A stretch of 64,000 nt of DNA from an uncultured delta proteobacterium (GCA_963796055.1 CAWCKH010000005.1:32001-96000); one strand, 5' to 3'; shown: positions 9,878 to 22,747, counted from the stretch's first letter. Notes: generated by a model not told the origin, from the sequence alone. Program-made: numbers and translations.

Positions 9878-11395
9878 ATGCTGGAGCCTCTGAGGCAGGA
9901 GGAGGAGGCGGGAGTTCGCGCGCCGTCGGCCGCCGGGCGGCTCCTCCCGGTCTGCCTCCTGCTGGTCGCGGTCTCGCTTCCGGCGAGGCTGGTGAACCTC
10001 GGCGCCCCTCCGCTCGACCGGCACGACTTCCGGCAGACCCAGACGGCGATCACCGTCTGGACCTTCCTCGAGGGGTCGCCGAGCGTCCTCCACTACCAGA
10101 CACCGGTCCTCGGACCGCCCTGGGAGGTGCCCTTCGAGCTCCCCGCCTTCCAGCTCTCGGCCTATGCCGTGGCCCGGAGCAGCGGCCTTCCGCTCGACCT
10201 CGCCTGCCGGCTCACGGCGTTGCTGTGGTTCTACCTCTCGGCGTGGGCGCTCTTCGCCCTGGTCCGGGCCCGGGGAGACGCCAGGCTGGCGGCGGCCTCG
10301 CTCGCGGTCTACCTCCTGACGCCCTTCACCGTGGTGTGGAGCCGCGCGGTGCTCATCGACTTCGCCGCGGTCGGCCTCGGCCTGGGCGCGCTGCACCTCA
10401 CGCTCCGCTGGCTCGATACCCGGAAGCTCTTGCCCGCGGCAGGCGCGCTCCTGCTCGGGTCCCTGGCCGGAATGACGAAGCTCACCACCCTGGTCGGGAT
10501 CCTGGCCGCGGGCGCGGTATTCGGGCTCGGCGACCTCCGCCGGGCGCTTCGTTCAGGGCCGGTGCCGGGCCGCCTGCGCGCGGCGGCGGGGACCCTTGCC
10601 CTCGCGGCCGTCCCCCTGGCGGCGGGCGTCGTCTGGACCCGCTGGACGGACCGGATCAAGGCGGCACAGCCGGCGACGGCCTGGCTCACCTCGGAACGTC
10701 TGTGGACCTGGAACTTCGGAACGCTCGCCCAGCGGGGGCACTGGGAGCCGTGGGGGGAGATCCTCGGCCGCATCGGCTGGACACTGCTCCCCGGGGCCCT
10801 GGTGCTCGCGGTGCCCCTGGCGCTGGCCAGCCTTCGCCACAAGGGCGGCGAGGGTCGCGCCCTGGTGCCGGGGGCCCTGGTCGGGGTCATGGTGCCGATC
10901 CTCGTCTTCTTCAACCTCTACGCGGTGCACGACTACTACCTCATCGCCGCAGCGCCATTCCTGGCAATCCTCGGGGGGGCAGGCGTGCTCCACGGGGCCT
11001 CGCTCCTCGAAGCGAGCGGCCGGCGCCGGTGGATCGGCCCGGCACTCGGGCTGCTCGTGCTGAGCACCATCCCGGCGTGGTGGTACGCGCAGGAGGCGTA
11101 CGCAGTGAACTCCGAGGTGCCGATCGCCCGGCTGGGCCGGCTCCTCCAGCGGACCACCCGGCCCGACCAGTGGGTGGTGGTGCAGGGGGACCAGTGGAAC
11201 TCGCGGATCCTCTACTCCGCCCGCCGCCGCGGCTTCATGCACTGGGAGGGCCACACCGACCTGACGCCTCTGGCCGGGCGGCCCGAATTCGGTGCCCTGG
11301 CTTGCAAGGAGTGCACGCCAGCGCTCCTGGCCCTCTTCCCGCGCCGGCAGCTCGTGGGCCGGGAGGCGGAGTTCGACGTCTACCGGCTCTGGTGA
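9878..11395 (+). CDS. GT39/ArnT-like (GT-C) membrane glycosyltransferase
   Basis: HDFRQTQTA...PFELP loop, many TMs and HDYY motif. GGGGAGG SD before ATG 9878. Confidence 0.75.
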   Translation: MLEPLRQEEEAGVRAPSAAGRLLPVCLLLVAVSLPARLVNLGAPPLDRHDFRQTQTAITVWTFLEGSPSVLHYQTPVLGPPWEVPFELPAFQLSAYAVARSSGLPLDLACRLTALLWFYLSAWALFALVRARGDARLAAASLAVYLLTPFTVVWSRAVLIDFAAVGLGLGALHLTLRWLDTRKLLPAAGALLLGSLAGMTKLTTLVGILAAGAVFGLGDLRRALRSGPVPGRLRAAAGTLALAAVPLAAGVVWTRWTDRIKAAQPATAWLTSERLWTWNFGTLAQRGHWEPWGEILGRIGWTLLPGALVLAVPLALASLRHKGGEGRALVPGALVGVMVPILVFFNLYAVHDYYLIAAAPFLAILGGAGVLHGASLLEASGRRRWIGPALGLLVLSTIPAWWYAQEAYAVNSEVPIARLGRLLQRTTRPDQWVVVQGDQWNSRILYSARRRGFMHWEGHTDLTPLAGRPEFGALACKECTPALLALFPRRQLVGREAEFDVYRLW

Positions 11396-11398
11396 GGG

Positions 11399-12052
11399 TT
11401 ACTTCTGGCCGAGCGTCCTGGCGACCTCGGCGGCGAGATCTTCCTTCTTCTTCTCGATGCCCTCGCCCACCTGGTAGCGGGTGAAGCGGCGGATCGAGAT
11501 GTTCTCGCCGATCTTGGCGATCGCCTCGGTCACCACCTCGTGGACCTTCTTCTTGTCGTCCTTCACGAAGGGCTGGTCCACCAGGCAGACGGTCTCGAAG
11601 TACTTCTCGATCTTTCCGGTGAGGATCTTCTCGATCATCGCCTCGGGCTTCTTCTGCTCCCGGAGCTTGACCCGCTCGATCTCCCTTTCCTTCTCCAGGA
11701 CGTCGGCAGGGATCTCCTCGCGACGGACGTACTGGGGGCCGAGCGCGGCGATGTGGAGGGCGAGGTCTCGCACCAGGTGCTGGAAGTCCTCGTTCCGGGC
11801 GACGAAGTCGGTCTCGCAGTTCACCTCCACCAGCACCCCCACCTTGCCGTTGTGGACGTAGGCGCCGACCAGACCCTCCGCGGCGGTGCGGCCGGCCTTC
11901 TTGGCCGCCCCGGTGATGCCCTTCTTCCGGAGCCACTCCTCGGCCCTGGTGAAGTCGCCGGCGTTCTCGGCCAGCGCCTTCTTGCAGTCCATCATCCCCG
12001 CTCCGGTCTTCTCCCGGAGCTCCTTCACCATCGCGGCGGACACCTCGGCCAT
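11399..12052 (-). CDS. tsf: Elongation factor Ts (short form)
   Basis: [19 protein letters not shown] and NCETDFVA motifs. Confidence 0.98.
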   Translation of the reverse strand: MAEVSAAMVKELREKTGAGMMDCKKALAENAGDFTRAEEWLRKKGITGAAKKAGRTAAEGLVGAYVHNGKVGVLVEVNCETDFVARNEDFQHLVRDLALHIAALGPQYVRREEIPADVLEKEREIERVKLREQKKPEAMIEKILTGKIEKYFETVCLVDQPFVKDDKKKVHEVVTEAIAKIGENISIRRFTRYQVGEGIEKKKEDLAAEVARTLGQK

Positions 12053-12072
12053 CGCTCGTTCTCTCTCGTTCG

Positions 12073-12107
12073 GGGACCGGAGCGAGCGCGGGGCACGCTC
12101 CGGTTCC
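12073..12107 (-). other. Hairpin between rpsB and tsf (possible attenuator or stabiliser)
   Basis: ACCGGAGCG...CGCTCCGGT inverted repeat; no clear U-tract. Confidence 0.4.
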
Positions 12108-12114
12108 GGCGCTG

Positions 12115-13101
12115 CTACTCGGCGGTCCGGGTCTCGCCTTCGGCGGTCTGCTCCTCACCGACCGAGCCCACGTCACCGCCCGCCTCCACCGGTGGGTGAG
12201 GCTGACCCTTGATCTCCACGGTGGGCCCGCGGCGCTCACCAGCGGCGGCCAGGCCCCTCGGGCCACGCTCGCGGTCCGGACGGCGCCCGAACCGGCGCTC
12301 CTCGCGGCCGGCGGGGCGGTCCGCCTGCTGACCGTCCTGCTCGTCGCGCTCGCTGGCGCCCGAGGCACGGTAGCGGGCCGAGCCCTCGATGCAGGCGTCG
12401 GCGATCTTCGAGGTGAAGAGCTTGATCGAGCGGATCGCGTCGTCGTTCCCGGGGATGACGAAGTCGATCCCGTCCGGGTCGCAGTTGGTGTCGACCACCC
12501 CGATGACCGGGATGCCGAGGCGGCTCGCCTCGTGGACCGCGATGTGCTCCTTCTTCGGGTCGATGACGAACACGCAGCCGGGGAGCCGGGTCATGTCCTT
12601 CACCCCGCCCAGGTTGCGCTCCAGCTTCTCCCGCTCGCGCTCCAGCGAGGCGACCTCCTTCTTGGGGAGGCGGTCGAAGGTGCCATCCTCGGCCATCTTC
12701 TCCAGGGTCTTCAGCCGGTCGATGCCCTGCTTGATGGTGCGGAAGTTGGTCAGCGTGCCGCCCAGCCAGCGGCTGGTGACGTAGAACTGCCCGGCGCGAA
12801 CGGACTCCTCGCGGATGACGTCCTGGGCCTGCTTCTTGGTGCCGACGAAGAGCACGCTCGAGCCGCGGGCGGTGACGTCGGCGACGAAGCGGAAGGCCGC
12901 GCGGGCGAGCGCCACGGTCTTCTGCAGATCGATGATGTAGATGCCGTTGCGGGCGCCGAAGATGTACGGCTTCATCTTCGGGTTCCAGCGCTTGGTCTGG
13001 TGGCCGAAGTGAACGCCGGCCTCCAAGAGCTGCTTCATGGTGATGCCGCCCGGGGCCGCGATGGCCTGGGCCTGTGTCTCGACGTTTTCCTGGGTGTCCA
13101 A
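12115..13101 (-). CDS. rpsB: 30S ribosomal protein S2
   Basis: [22 protein letters not shown] and PGNDDAI motifs. TTG at 13101 preceded by AAGGA. Confidence 0.97.
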   Translation of the reverse strand: MDTQENVETQAQAIAAPGGITMKQLLEAGVHFGHQTKRWNPKMKPYIFGARNGIYIIDLQKTVALARAAFRFVADVTARGSSVLFVGTKKQAQDVIREESVRAGQFYVTSRWLGGTLTNFRTIKQGIDRLKTLEKMAEDGTFDRLPKKEVASLEREREKLERNLGGVKDMTRLPGCVFVIDPKKEHIAVHEASRLGIPVIGVVDTNCDPDGIDFVIPGNDDAIRSIKLFTSKIADACIEGSARYRASGASERDEQDGQQADRPAGREERRFGRRPDRERGPRGLAAAGERRGPTVEIKGQPHPPVEAGGDVGSVGEEQTAEGETRTAE

Positions 13102-13119
13102 AATCGATTCCTTCGACGG

Positions 13120-13220
13120 GTTGGTTGTTGTCCGCCACGCGCCGTCAACGGAGCGGCCCCACTCCGGAAGCGAACCGTTCGCCCCGGAGCACCTGGGACC
13201 GACCTCGAGCACGTGTGTGA
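13120..13220 (-). promoter_or_regulatory. rpsB 5' leader (t44/S2 autoregulatory RNA-like)
   Basis: CACACACG...GGTGC...GGGG...CGTGG layout resembles the E. coli rpsB leader as I recall it, at the expected position. Confidence 0.6.
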
Positions 13221-13349
13221 GGTGGTACGACGGCAAAAAGAACGACACCTCCAGCGCCCCGATGCACCATGGGACGTGGAGGTGGAGCGCTCTAACAGAG
13301 CGCGTCGAGCCAGGCAAACCGCGCGGACTTGAGCCGCTCAGCCGCTCAT

Positions 13350-13493
13350 CTACGAGCCCCCGCAGTCGCATGGGTTGACCAAGACGAACAGCGCGAGCGC
13401 CACGACAGCGAGGTGCTGGTGTGAAACCTGCCACGCGACAAGTCGACGAAGGATGCGATCCAAGGTCTGCCCCCTGTGTCCCCGTACACCCAT
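13350..13493 (-). CDS. Candidate small membrane protein (37-47 aa)
   Basis: [47 protein letters not shown]. Alternative TTG start at 13463 after AGGGGG. Confidence 0.35.
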   Translation of the reverse strand: MGVRGHRGQTLDRILRRLVAWQVSHQHLAVVALALFVLVNPCDCGGS

Positions 13494-13575
13494 GGGAGAA
13501 GGTGGCTAGACGACCACAAGGTCGCCGAACAAGCAACCGTGTGTGCAAACTGTGGGAAAGGTGTGGAAAGCTGGC

Positions 13576-14727
13576 TTAACCGGGCGGAGCGGCCAGCGAC
13601 GGCACGGACACTGGCAGTGGACCCACGACCAGATTCCGGCCAGACCGCTTCGCCGTGTAGAGGCGCTGGTCCGCCGCGTTGAGCACCGCCTCGAAGCTCC
13701 CACCATCCGCAGGCCAGCTCGCCACGCCGGCGCTCAGGGTCATCCGCTCGCCGCTCGGCCCGAGCCCGGTCTCCGCGACACGCCGGCAGAGGTCGTTCAC
13801 GCGATCGAGCGCGAGCTGGACGTCCATTCGGGGAAACGCAATGACGAATTCCTCACCACCGTAGCGCGCCACCAGGTCAGTGGTACGGACCGCCAGCCGC
13901 AGCTGCTCGGCGATCCCTTCGAGCGCGTGGTCTCCTGCGAGATGCCCGAAGCTATCGTTGAACCGTTTGAATTCGTCGACGTCGAACACCGCCACGCTGA
14001 GAATGCTCCGCCCGGGGTCCGCCCGGGCGAGCTCCTCTTCGACGCGCTCGAGGAACGGGCGACGCTGTAGCAGCCCGGTCAGGTGGTCGGTGCCGATCAT
14101 CAGCCGAAGATGACGAGCCCACTGAGCGACGGCGACCACACCGGCCCCGTGTCCGAGGAGGATGAGTAGTCGGTTCACGAACGGCGCTGGCGAGAACTTT
14201 CCCTGTGAGGGATTGCTGAGCGTTGCGAGATCCCAGTGCAGCGCAACGTAACCCGTGAGCCCGCCGAACTGTGCCAGAGCCAGTAAGGTGGTGAACGCGG
14301 AGAGCCGCCAGTCGTAGCGAAGCGCCGAGATGGTGATCGCCACGAAGTACGCCTCGAAGCTCACGCGGTTGTTGACCACCAGCAGAGGCGCATCCAGCAG
14401 GAGAAACGAACCAATGCTCACGCTGGCGAAGGTGACGTCGAGCGCGCTGGTCACCCACGGTACCCAGGAGGCCGTCACCCGCGTGGCCACCCGCAGGAGC
14501 AGCAAGCCGTATCCGAGCGCCAACGATCCCATCGCCAGCGAGTAGAGGAACAACGAACCGGATCGAAGCGAGAAGGAGATGCTCGACGCCACCAGCGCGG
14601 CGATGATTGCCAGTCGAACCAGCGCGACGAGTCGTTCGCTCGCGGCGCGAGCGCGCACGAGCGCATGATCCGGCTCGGTCGCGAAGAACGCTCCAACCCT
14701 TCCAGCGATGTCTCGCGCGGAGATCAC
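13576..14727 (-). CDS. Membrane-bound diguanylate cyclase (start uncertain; ORF open to 14805)
   Basis: Several TMs, then DHLTGL, FKRFNDSFGH, RTTD I-site and intact GGEEF. Confidence 0.88.
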   Translation of the reverse strand: MISARDIAGRVGAFFATEPDHALVRARAASERLVALVRLAIIAALVASSISFSLRSGSLFLYSLAMGSLALGYGLLLLRVATRVTASWVPWVTSALDVTFASVSIGSFLLLDAPLLVVNNRVSFEAYFVAITISALRYDWRLSAFTTLLALAQFGGLTGYVALHWDLATLSNPSQGKFSPAPFVNRLLILLGHGAGVVAVAQWARHLRLMIGTDHLTGLLQRRPFLERVEEELARADPGRSILSVAVFDVDEFKRFNDSFGHLAGDHALEGIAEQLRLAVRTTDLVARYGGEEFVIAFPRMDVQLALDRVNDLCRRVAETGLGPSGERMTLSAGVASWPADGGSFEAVLNAADQRLYTAKRSGRNLVVGPLPVSVPSLAAPPG

Positions 14728-15025
14728 ACCGGCGCGGATGTTGCCAGAGCGCAGGCAAGCATGCGCTCGGCTCTTTTGTGGGAGAGCGGCCCCACCTGTG
14801 CGCATCCATCCGCGTCATGGGATGTGGGTGATCGTGGTTTTTGAATAGGCTGAAAATCCGAAACTTTCACGGCGATCCGATCTCGACCGCGCCGCAGCGC
14901 GCCAGCGCGCAACAGACGCGTGACCGAAGCGACAGACGCGTCGCGCACGCCGGGGCGATGCTGACCTGCCGTTGGATTCCTGCTTTAGATGACGTCCGTT
15001 CGTCACCGGACGGCGACCGCGAGCG

Positions 15026-17833
<2,808 letters not shown>

Positions 17834-17990
17834 TGATGTTCCAGTGCCGATGTAACCAGCCGGGCGGCGCTGCCAATCCCCCCGGGGGGCGCTCGCCGGC
17901 AGAAGGAAACACCTCCTCTAGCGGAGCCTTCCCCGGGATGCCAGCCGCCAGCGGTGGCCGGCAAACCCGGGGTGCTAGAGGAGCGGTCCC

Positions 17991-18698
17991 ATGCCCTCGA
18001 CGGTCGATGACGCGCTGGTGAACGCGGTGCTGGCGCTGCAGCCCTGGGTCCGGAGCCGCCCCGAGCAGGAGCGCTTCGGCGCGGCGCTCCGGGCGCTGGT
18101 GGAGGCGGAGGCGTGCCGGCGTGGGGAGCCGGACCCGGTCACCGGGGCGCTCCACGTCTCGGCGCTGACCCAGGGCCCGCTCCTCAGGCCCGAGTACGAT
18201 CTCTCGGTCCACGCCCACAGCGGCTGGAGCGTGGGCGCGCTCATCGCCGACGTCCGGGAGATGATCCACGTCAACCAGGACGCCGGCTTCGCGCTCGGAG
18301 ACCGCTTCCTCCGCGCGGTCGCCTCGGCGCTCTCCGGCGCGTTCCCGGGTGCGCCGGTCGTCCGCGTCCACACCGACTGCTTTGCTGCGCTGCTCGTCCC
18401 CTCCTCGGGTCTGGCGCTCGAGCCGGCGCACCTCGGCCTGGCCAGCGACGCGCTCCGGCGGGCGACGGACGCCTTCCGCGCGCAGCAGGGCGCCCCGCGT
18501 GGTCCGGTGGGATTCACCCTCTCGGCCCTCCGGCTCTCCGTCGTCGACCCGTCGCACTGGCAGGTGCTCGGTCCGCTCCTCTGGGCGGAGATCGAACGCG
18601 CCCACGTGCTCGCCCGGCGCGGTCTCGCCTCGGGAATCCAGGAGCGCACGCTCCGGCTCGACGGGCGCGTCCCGAGTGGTCCGACCGGGGGGTGGTGA
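17991..18698 (+). CDS. Degenerate GGDEF-like domain protein
   Basis: DPVTGAL...ADVREMIHVNQDAGFALGDRFL fold signature, with HTDCF at the active-site position. Confidence 0.65.
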   Translation: MPSTVDDALVNAVLALQPWVRSRPEQERFGAALRALVEAEACRRGEPDPVTGALHVSALTQGPLLRPEYDLSVHAHSGWSVGALIADVREMIHVNQDAGFALGDRFLRAVASALSGAFPGAPVVRVHTDCFAALLVPSSGLALEPAHLGLASDALRRATDAFRAQQGAPRGPVGFTLSALRLSVVDPSHWQVLGPLLWAEIERAHVLARRGLASGIQERTLRLDGRVPSGPTGGW

Positions 18699-18864
18699 GC
18701 ACAGCGAGGCGGCAGAGACCGAAGCGAGACGGCGCACACGAGGAACGAGCAGCGGAGGCGTGCCTCGTGGCACGTCGAGCAGCGGAGCGACGAGGCTGCG
18801 CGTCGCAGCGAGGGGATCGGCCGCCGCAGCGGTCAGCACCCCCCGGTCGGAGCACTGTAGGCGC

Positions 18865-19788
18865 CTACTCCTCGAGGATGAACTTCCGCGGGTTCTCGGG
18901 AATCCCGTTCACCCGCACCTCGTAGTGCAGGTGGGGGCCGGTGGACCGGCCGGTGTTTCCCACCGCGCCCACCAGCTGTCCGCGCTTCACCCGGTCGCCG
19001 GTCTTCACCTCCAGCTTGCTCAGGTGACCGAAGCGGGTCTTGACCCCGTAGCCATGGTCGATGACCAGGACGTTGCCGTAGCCACCCTCGAGGCCGGCGA
19101 AGATGACCGTGCCGTCGGACGGGGCCACCACCTCCTTGCCGTGAGGTGCGGCGATGTCGAGACCTTCGTGCATCACGCGCTCGGCCGTATACGGGTCCAG
19201 CCGCTGCCCGAAGTCGGAGGTGACCCAGCCTCGCGCGGGCCATACCGAGGGCGTGGAGGCCAGCCGGCTCTTCTGGTCGAGGAAATACGACTGGAGCTCC
19301 TGGAGGCTTTTTTCCTGGCGGGTTGCGGACTCGCTCAGCTTGTCCAGCTTGGCGGCGAGGTTCCTCGGAGTCTCACTGGCCGACCCGGGCCGGGTGAACT
19401 CGGTCTCCGCGCTGGGGGTCGGGGTGACACCGGGCTCTCCGGCGGTCGGGCCCAGGGCCAGATTGCGCTGGGGGTCGGAGAGCAGGGTCACCGCGCGGAG
19501 CTTCTGGTCGAACCGCTCGACGCGCTCCAGGGTCGCCCCGATGTGCTCCATCCGCTCGCGGATGCTCTTCAGCTGGGTGCGCAGGGTCAGATTCTCGTCC
19601 CGGAGCAGCCGGTTCTCCGAGGCTTCGCGCACCAGGGCGAAGTAGTGGACCACCGCGGCGAGCAGCACCACCCCGGCCGCGGCGGCCCCGAGCGCCGCAT
19701 GGCGCAGCAGGCTCCGCTCGAGCTGAAAGCGCCGAACCGGAGCGTCATGGTCCGGGACGACAATCAGCGTGAGGGTCTTCTTGGCCAA
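18865..19788 (-). CDS. M23 family metallopeptidase
   Basis: HEGLD, GYGN and STGPHLHYE motifs with an N-terminal TM and coiled coil. TTG start. Confidence 0.93.
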   Translation of the reverse strand: MAKKTLTLIVVPDHDAPVRRFQLERSLLRHAALGAAAAGVVLLAAVVHYFALVREASENRLLRDENLTLRTQLKSIRERMEHIGATLERVERFDQKLRAVTLLSDPQRNLALGPTAGEPGVTPTPSAETEFTRPGSASETPRNLAAKLDKLSESATRQEKSLQELQSYFLDQKSRLASTPSVWPARGWVTSDFGQRLDPYTAERVMHEGLDIAAPHGKEVVAPSDGTVIFAGLEGGYGNVLVIDHGYGVKTRFGHLSKLEVKTGDRVKRGQLVGAVGNTGRSTGPHLHYEVRVNGIPENPRKFILEE

Positions 19789-19961
19789 CGGTGGGGTCAC
19801 TCCAGGGGCAGCGCGCTTCCAGGCAGTCCGAACACCCAAGCAAGCTGTATTCCAGCATGCCTGCCCCCCATCCGTCCGGGGCGCCGCTCGGAGCCTGGCA
19901 GATTCTACAGTGTCAAGGCAGGAGAACCGCCCGGTGCAACAGAGGTGAAACGCCCACCTGC

Positions 19962-20798
19962 CTACACCGAGGCGTGCTCGCCGGTCTCGGCCTGCCTCGG
20001 CGCCGTGGCCTCTGTCTGCACCTGCACGGCGATGACGGTGATGTTGTCGTCGCCGCCCCGCTCGTTGGCGAGGTCGACCAGGCGCTGCGGCACCTCGGCC
20101 AGCGGGAAGTGACGGACCACCTGGAGGATCTCCGGGTCCTCCACCATGTTGGCCATTCCGTCCGAGCAGAGGATGAAGACGTCGCCCGGCTCGGAGAGCA
20201 GCCCCATCACGTCGACCTGGACCTCCTCCTCGAAGCCCACCGAGCGGGTGATGATGTTCTTGTACCGGGAGTGCTTCGCCTCCTCGGGGGTGATCATCCC
20301 GGCCTTGATCTGCTCGTTGACCAGGCTGTGGTCCTCGCTGATCTGCTGGATGAGGTCGCCGCGCACCAGGTAGGCGCGGCTGTCGCCGACGTGGGCGAAG
20401 AAGGCCTGGTCCTCCTTCATCAGCAGGGAGATGACCGTGGTGCCCATCCCCGCCAGGCGCGGATCCTCCTGGGCCTTGCTGTAGATGGCGATGCACGCGC
20501 GCTCGACCGCGGCGCGGATGGCCTCGGGGATGGGAGAATCCTGAAGCGCGGTGCGGACGTCAAGCGCCGAGCCCTGGGTGGTTCGGGCCTGACGCAGCTC
20601 CCGGTCGATGGTCTCCACCGCGATGCGAGAGGCCGTCCCGCCGCCCGCGTGCCCACCCATGCCGTCGGCCACCACGAACAACTTGAGATCTTCGTCGATG
20701 AGGAAGCTGTCCTCGTTGTGGTCGCGCTTCTTGCCCACATCGGTCAGCCCAGCGGAGACAATCTTCAGCCGGACCGGGGGTTTCTCGGGCGGGGACAC
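19962..20798 (-). CDS. PP2C-type Ser/Thr phosphatase
   Basis: NEDS, VADGMGGH, MGTT, HVGDSR, CSDG and GGDDN motifs. Confidence 0.95.
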   Translation of the reverse strand: MSPPEKPPVRLKIVSAGLTDVGKKRDHNEDSFLIDEDLKLFVVADGMGGHAGGGTASRIAVETIDRELRQARTTQGSALDVRTALQDSPIPEAIRAAVERACIAIYSKAQEDPRLAGMGTTVISLLMKEDQAFFAHVGDSRAYLVRGDLIQQISEDHSLVNEQIKAGMITPEEAKHSRYKNIITRSVGFEEEVQVDVMGLLSEPGDVFILCSDGMANMVEDPEILQVVRHFPLAEVPQRLVDLANERGGDDNITVIAVQVQTEATAPRQAETGEHASV

Positions 20799-20875
20799 GC
20801 TGGTCGGCGATGGTACAGGCGGCCATCCGGGACGGGCAAGGAGACTCCCGCTCCGGGGGACGGCGGCGCGCGCCC

Positions 20876-22600
20876 TCAGGCCACCCGTCGCGCACGCGAG
20901 ACCGGCCGGGCGGCAGGCGGCACACCCGACTCCCGTGCAGCGCGCAGGAGCGCCTCGGCGGCGGCCAGCGCCTCGGCCGTGACAATGGCGCCTGACATCA
21001 TCCGGGCCAGCTCGCGGGTCCGCAGAGCAGAGTCGTCCAGGGCGTGCACGCGGGACCAGGTGCGACCCCGGGCGGAGGTCTTCTCCACTACCAGGTGCGC
21101 ATCGGCATGCGCGGCGACCTGCGGCAGATGGGTGATGCACAGGACCTGTCGGCCGGACGCCACCGCCCGCACCATCCGTCCCACCACGTCCGCCACCGCC
21201 CCGCTCACCCCGGCGTCCGCCTCGTCGAGCACCACGGTGCCCGCCTCCTCCGGCCCCCCATGCGCCATGGACGTGCGCTTGAGCGCCAGCCACAGCCGCG
21301 AGGCCTCCCCGCCCGAGGCCACGCGCGCCAGCGGACGCACCGGCTCGCCGGGGTTGGGGCCGAAGAGGAACTCGACCTCGTCGGCGCCGTCCGCGCGCAG
21401 CACGTCCCGGGGGGCGAGCTGAACGGTGAACGCCGAACGTGGCAACGCCAGTCGCCCGAGCTCGCCGCCCATGGCCCGCTCGAGCTGGCGCGCCGCTCGC
21501 TCGCGCTCCCTCCGCAAGGTCCGGGCCGCCTCCCAGGCGCGGACCTCGGCGGCGGCCCGCTCGGACTCGAGCGCCACCAGCCGCTCGCGGCGCCCTTCCA
21601 GGCGGTCGCACTCGATGCGGAGCGCCTCGAGCCGTGCCGGCAGCCCGGCGACGTCCGTGCCGTGCTTCCTGGCCAGGCGCCGGAGCGCATCGAGCCGTTC
21701 CTCCACCAGCGACAGACGCTCCGGGTCCGCCTCCAGCCCGTCCAGGTAGCGCCGCAGGCTGCGGAGCGCGTCGTCGAGGGCCGCGGCGGCCGAGACCACC
21801 GAGGCGGCGGCCTCGCCGAGATTCGGATCGGTCCGTGCAGCGTCCTCGAGCATCCGCGCCGCCCGCGCGGCGACGGTGCATACCCCCGCCTCGTCGCTCC
21901 CCAGCAGCGCCTCGGACTCGAGCGCCGCCGCCCGGAGCCGCTCCACCGCGGCGAGCCGTCTCCGCTCGGCCTCGAGCGCCGCCTCCTCGCCGGGGCCGGG
22001 CGCCAGCCGCTCCATCTCGTCCAGCTGGAAGCGAGCGAACTCCGCCCGCGCCTCCTGGGCCGCGGCATCCCCGCCGAGCGACTGTCGCTCGGCCTCCAGC
22101 GCCACCAGCGGCGTGTGCGCCACCCGGTAGGCCTCGAGCGCCGGGGCGACGCCTTCCCAGCGGTCCAGCGCCGCGCGGTGGGTGGCCGGCTCGAAGAGGC
22201 CCACGTGCGCGTGCTGCCCGGCGATGTCCAGCTCGCCACGCATCAGCTGGCCGAGCACTCCGACCGAGGCCAGCGCTCCGTTGACGTGCACCTTGCTCCG
22301 TCCTGCCCGCCCGACGACCCGCCGGAGCACCACCTCGTCCCCGTGGTCCGGCAGCCCGAGCGCCTCGAGCCTCTGTGCGAGCGCCGGCGTGCGCTGGAAC
22401 ACCGCCTCGACCACCGCCTCGTCGGCGCCGGACCGGACGCAGTCGGCGTCTGCCCGGGCCCCCACCAGGAGCCCGAGCGCATCGACGAGGATGCTCTTGC
22501 CGGCCCCGGTCTCCCCCGTGAGCACGGTGAGGCCGGGGCCGAAGCCGACCTCGACCTCCTCCACGACCGTGAAGTTCTCGATCCGCAGCGCGAGCAGCAT
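20876..22600 (-). CDS. recN: DNA repair protein RecN
   Basis: GETGAGKS Walker A, ASGGE, LDEAD and ITHLPQVA motifs. Confidence 0.97.
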   Translation of the reverse strand: MLLALRIENFTVVEEVEVGFGPGLTVLTGETGAGKSILVDALGLLVGARADADCVRSGADEAVVEAVFQRTPALAQRLEALGLPDHGDEVVLRRVVGRAGRSKVHVNGALASVGVLGQLMRGELDIAGQHAHVGLFEPATHRAALDRWEGVAPALEAYRVAHTPLVALEAERQSLGGDAAAQEARAEFARFQLDEMERLAPGPGEEAALEAERRRLAAVERLRAAALESEALLGSDEAGVCTVAARAARMLEDAARTDPNLGEAAASVVSAAAALDDALRSLRRYLDGLEADPERLSLVEERLDALRRLARKHGTDVAGLPARLEALRIECDRLEGRRERLVALESERAAAEVRAWEAARTLRRERERAARQLERAMGGELGRLALPRSAFTVQLAPRDVLRADGADEVEFLFGPNPGEPVRPLARVASGGEASRLWLALKRTSMAHGGPEEAGTVVLDEADAGVSGAVADVVGRMVRAVASGRQVLCITHLPQVAAHADAHLVVEKTSARGRTWSRVHALDDSALRTRELARMMSGAIVTAEALAAAEALLRAARESGVPPAARPVSRARRVA

Positions 22601-22649
22601 CGGTACTGAACCTCCGTTCCGTACCGGAAGGTACCCCGACCCGCCGACA

Positions 22650-22665
22650 CTGTACAGGTTTTCAG
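22650..22665. promoter_or_regulatory. Candidate LexA (SOS) box upstream of recN
   Basis: CTGAAAACCTGTACAG on the minus strand (CTG-N10-CAG), about 50 bp before the recN ATG. Confidence 0.6.
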
Positions 22666-22747
22666 GGTCCAAGCGTGTCGCCAGCGACAGTCGCGTCCGG
22701 GGTCTTCCACGGGGGCGGGACCGGCATGCCGATGCCAGTCTCGGGGG

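Noticed and set aside
11399..12052. EF-Ts looks truncated at 217 aa
   Set aside because: Short EF-Ts forms are normal in several lineages, and both terminal motifs are present.
13102..13548. Apparent long N-terminal extension of RpsB
   Set aside because: It runs through the leader RNA, and a TTG with a good SD exists at 13101.
19900..19920. TTGACA and TAGAAT upstream of the M23 gene as a sigma-70 promoter
   Set aside because: The hexamers are only 3 bp apart.
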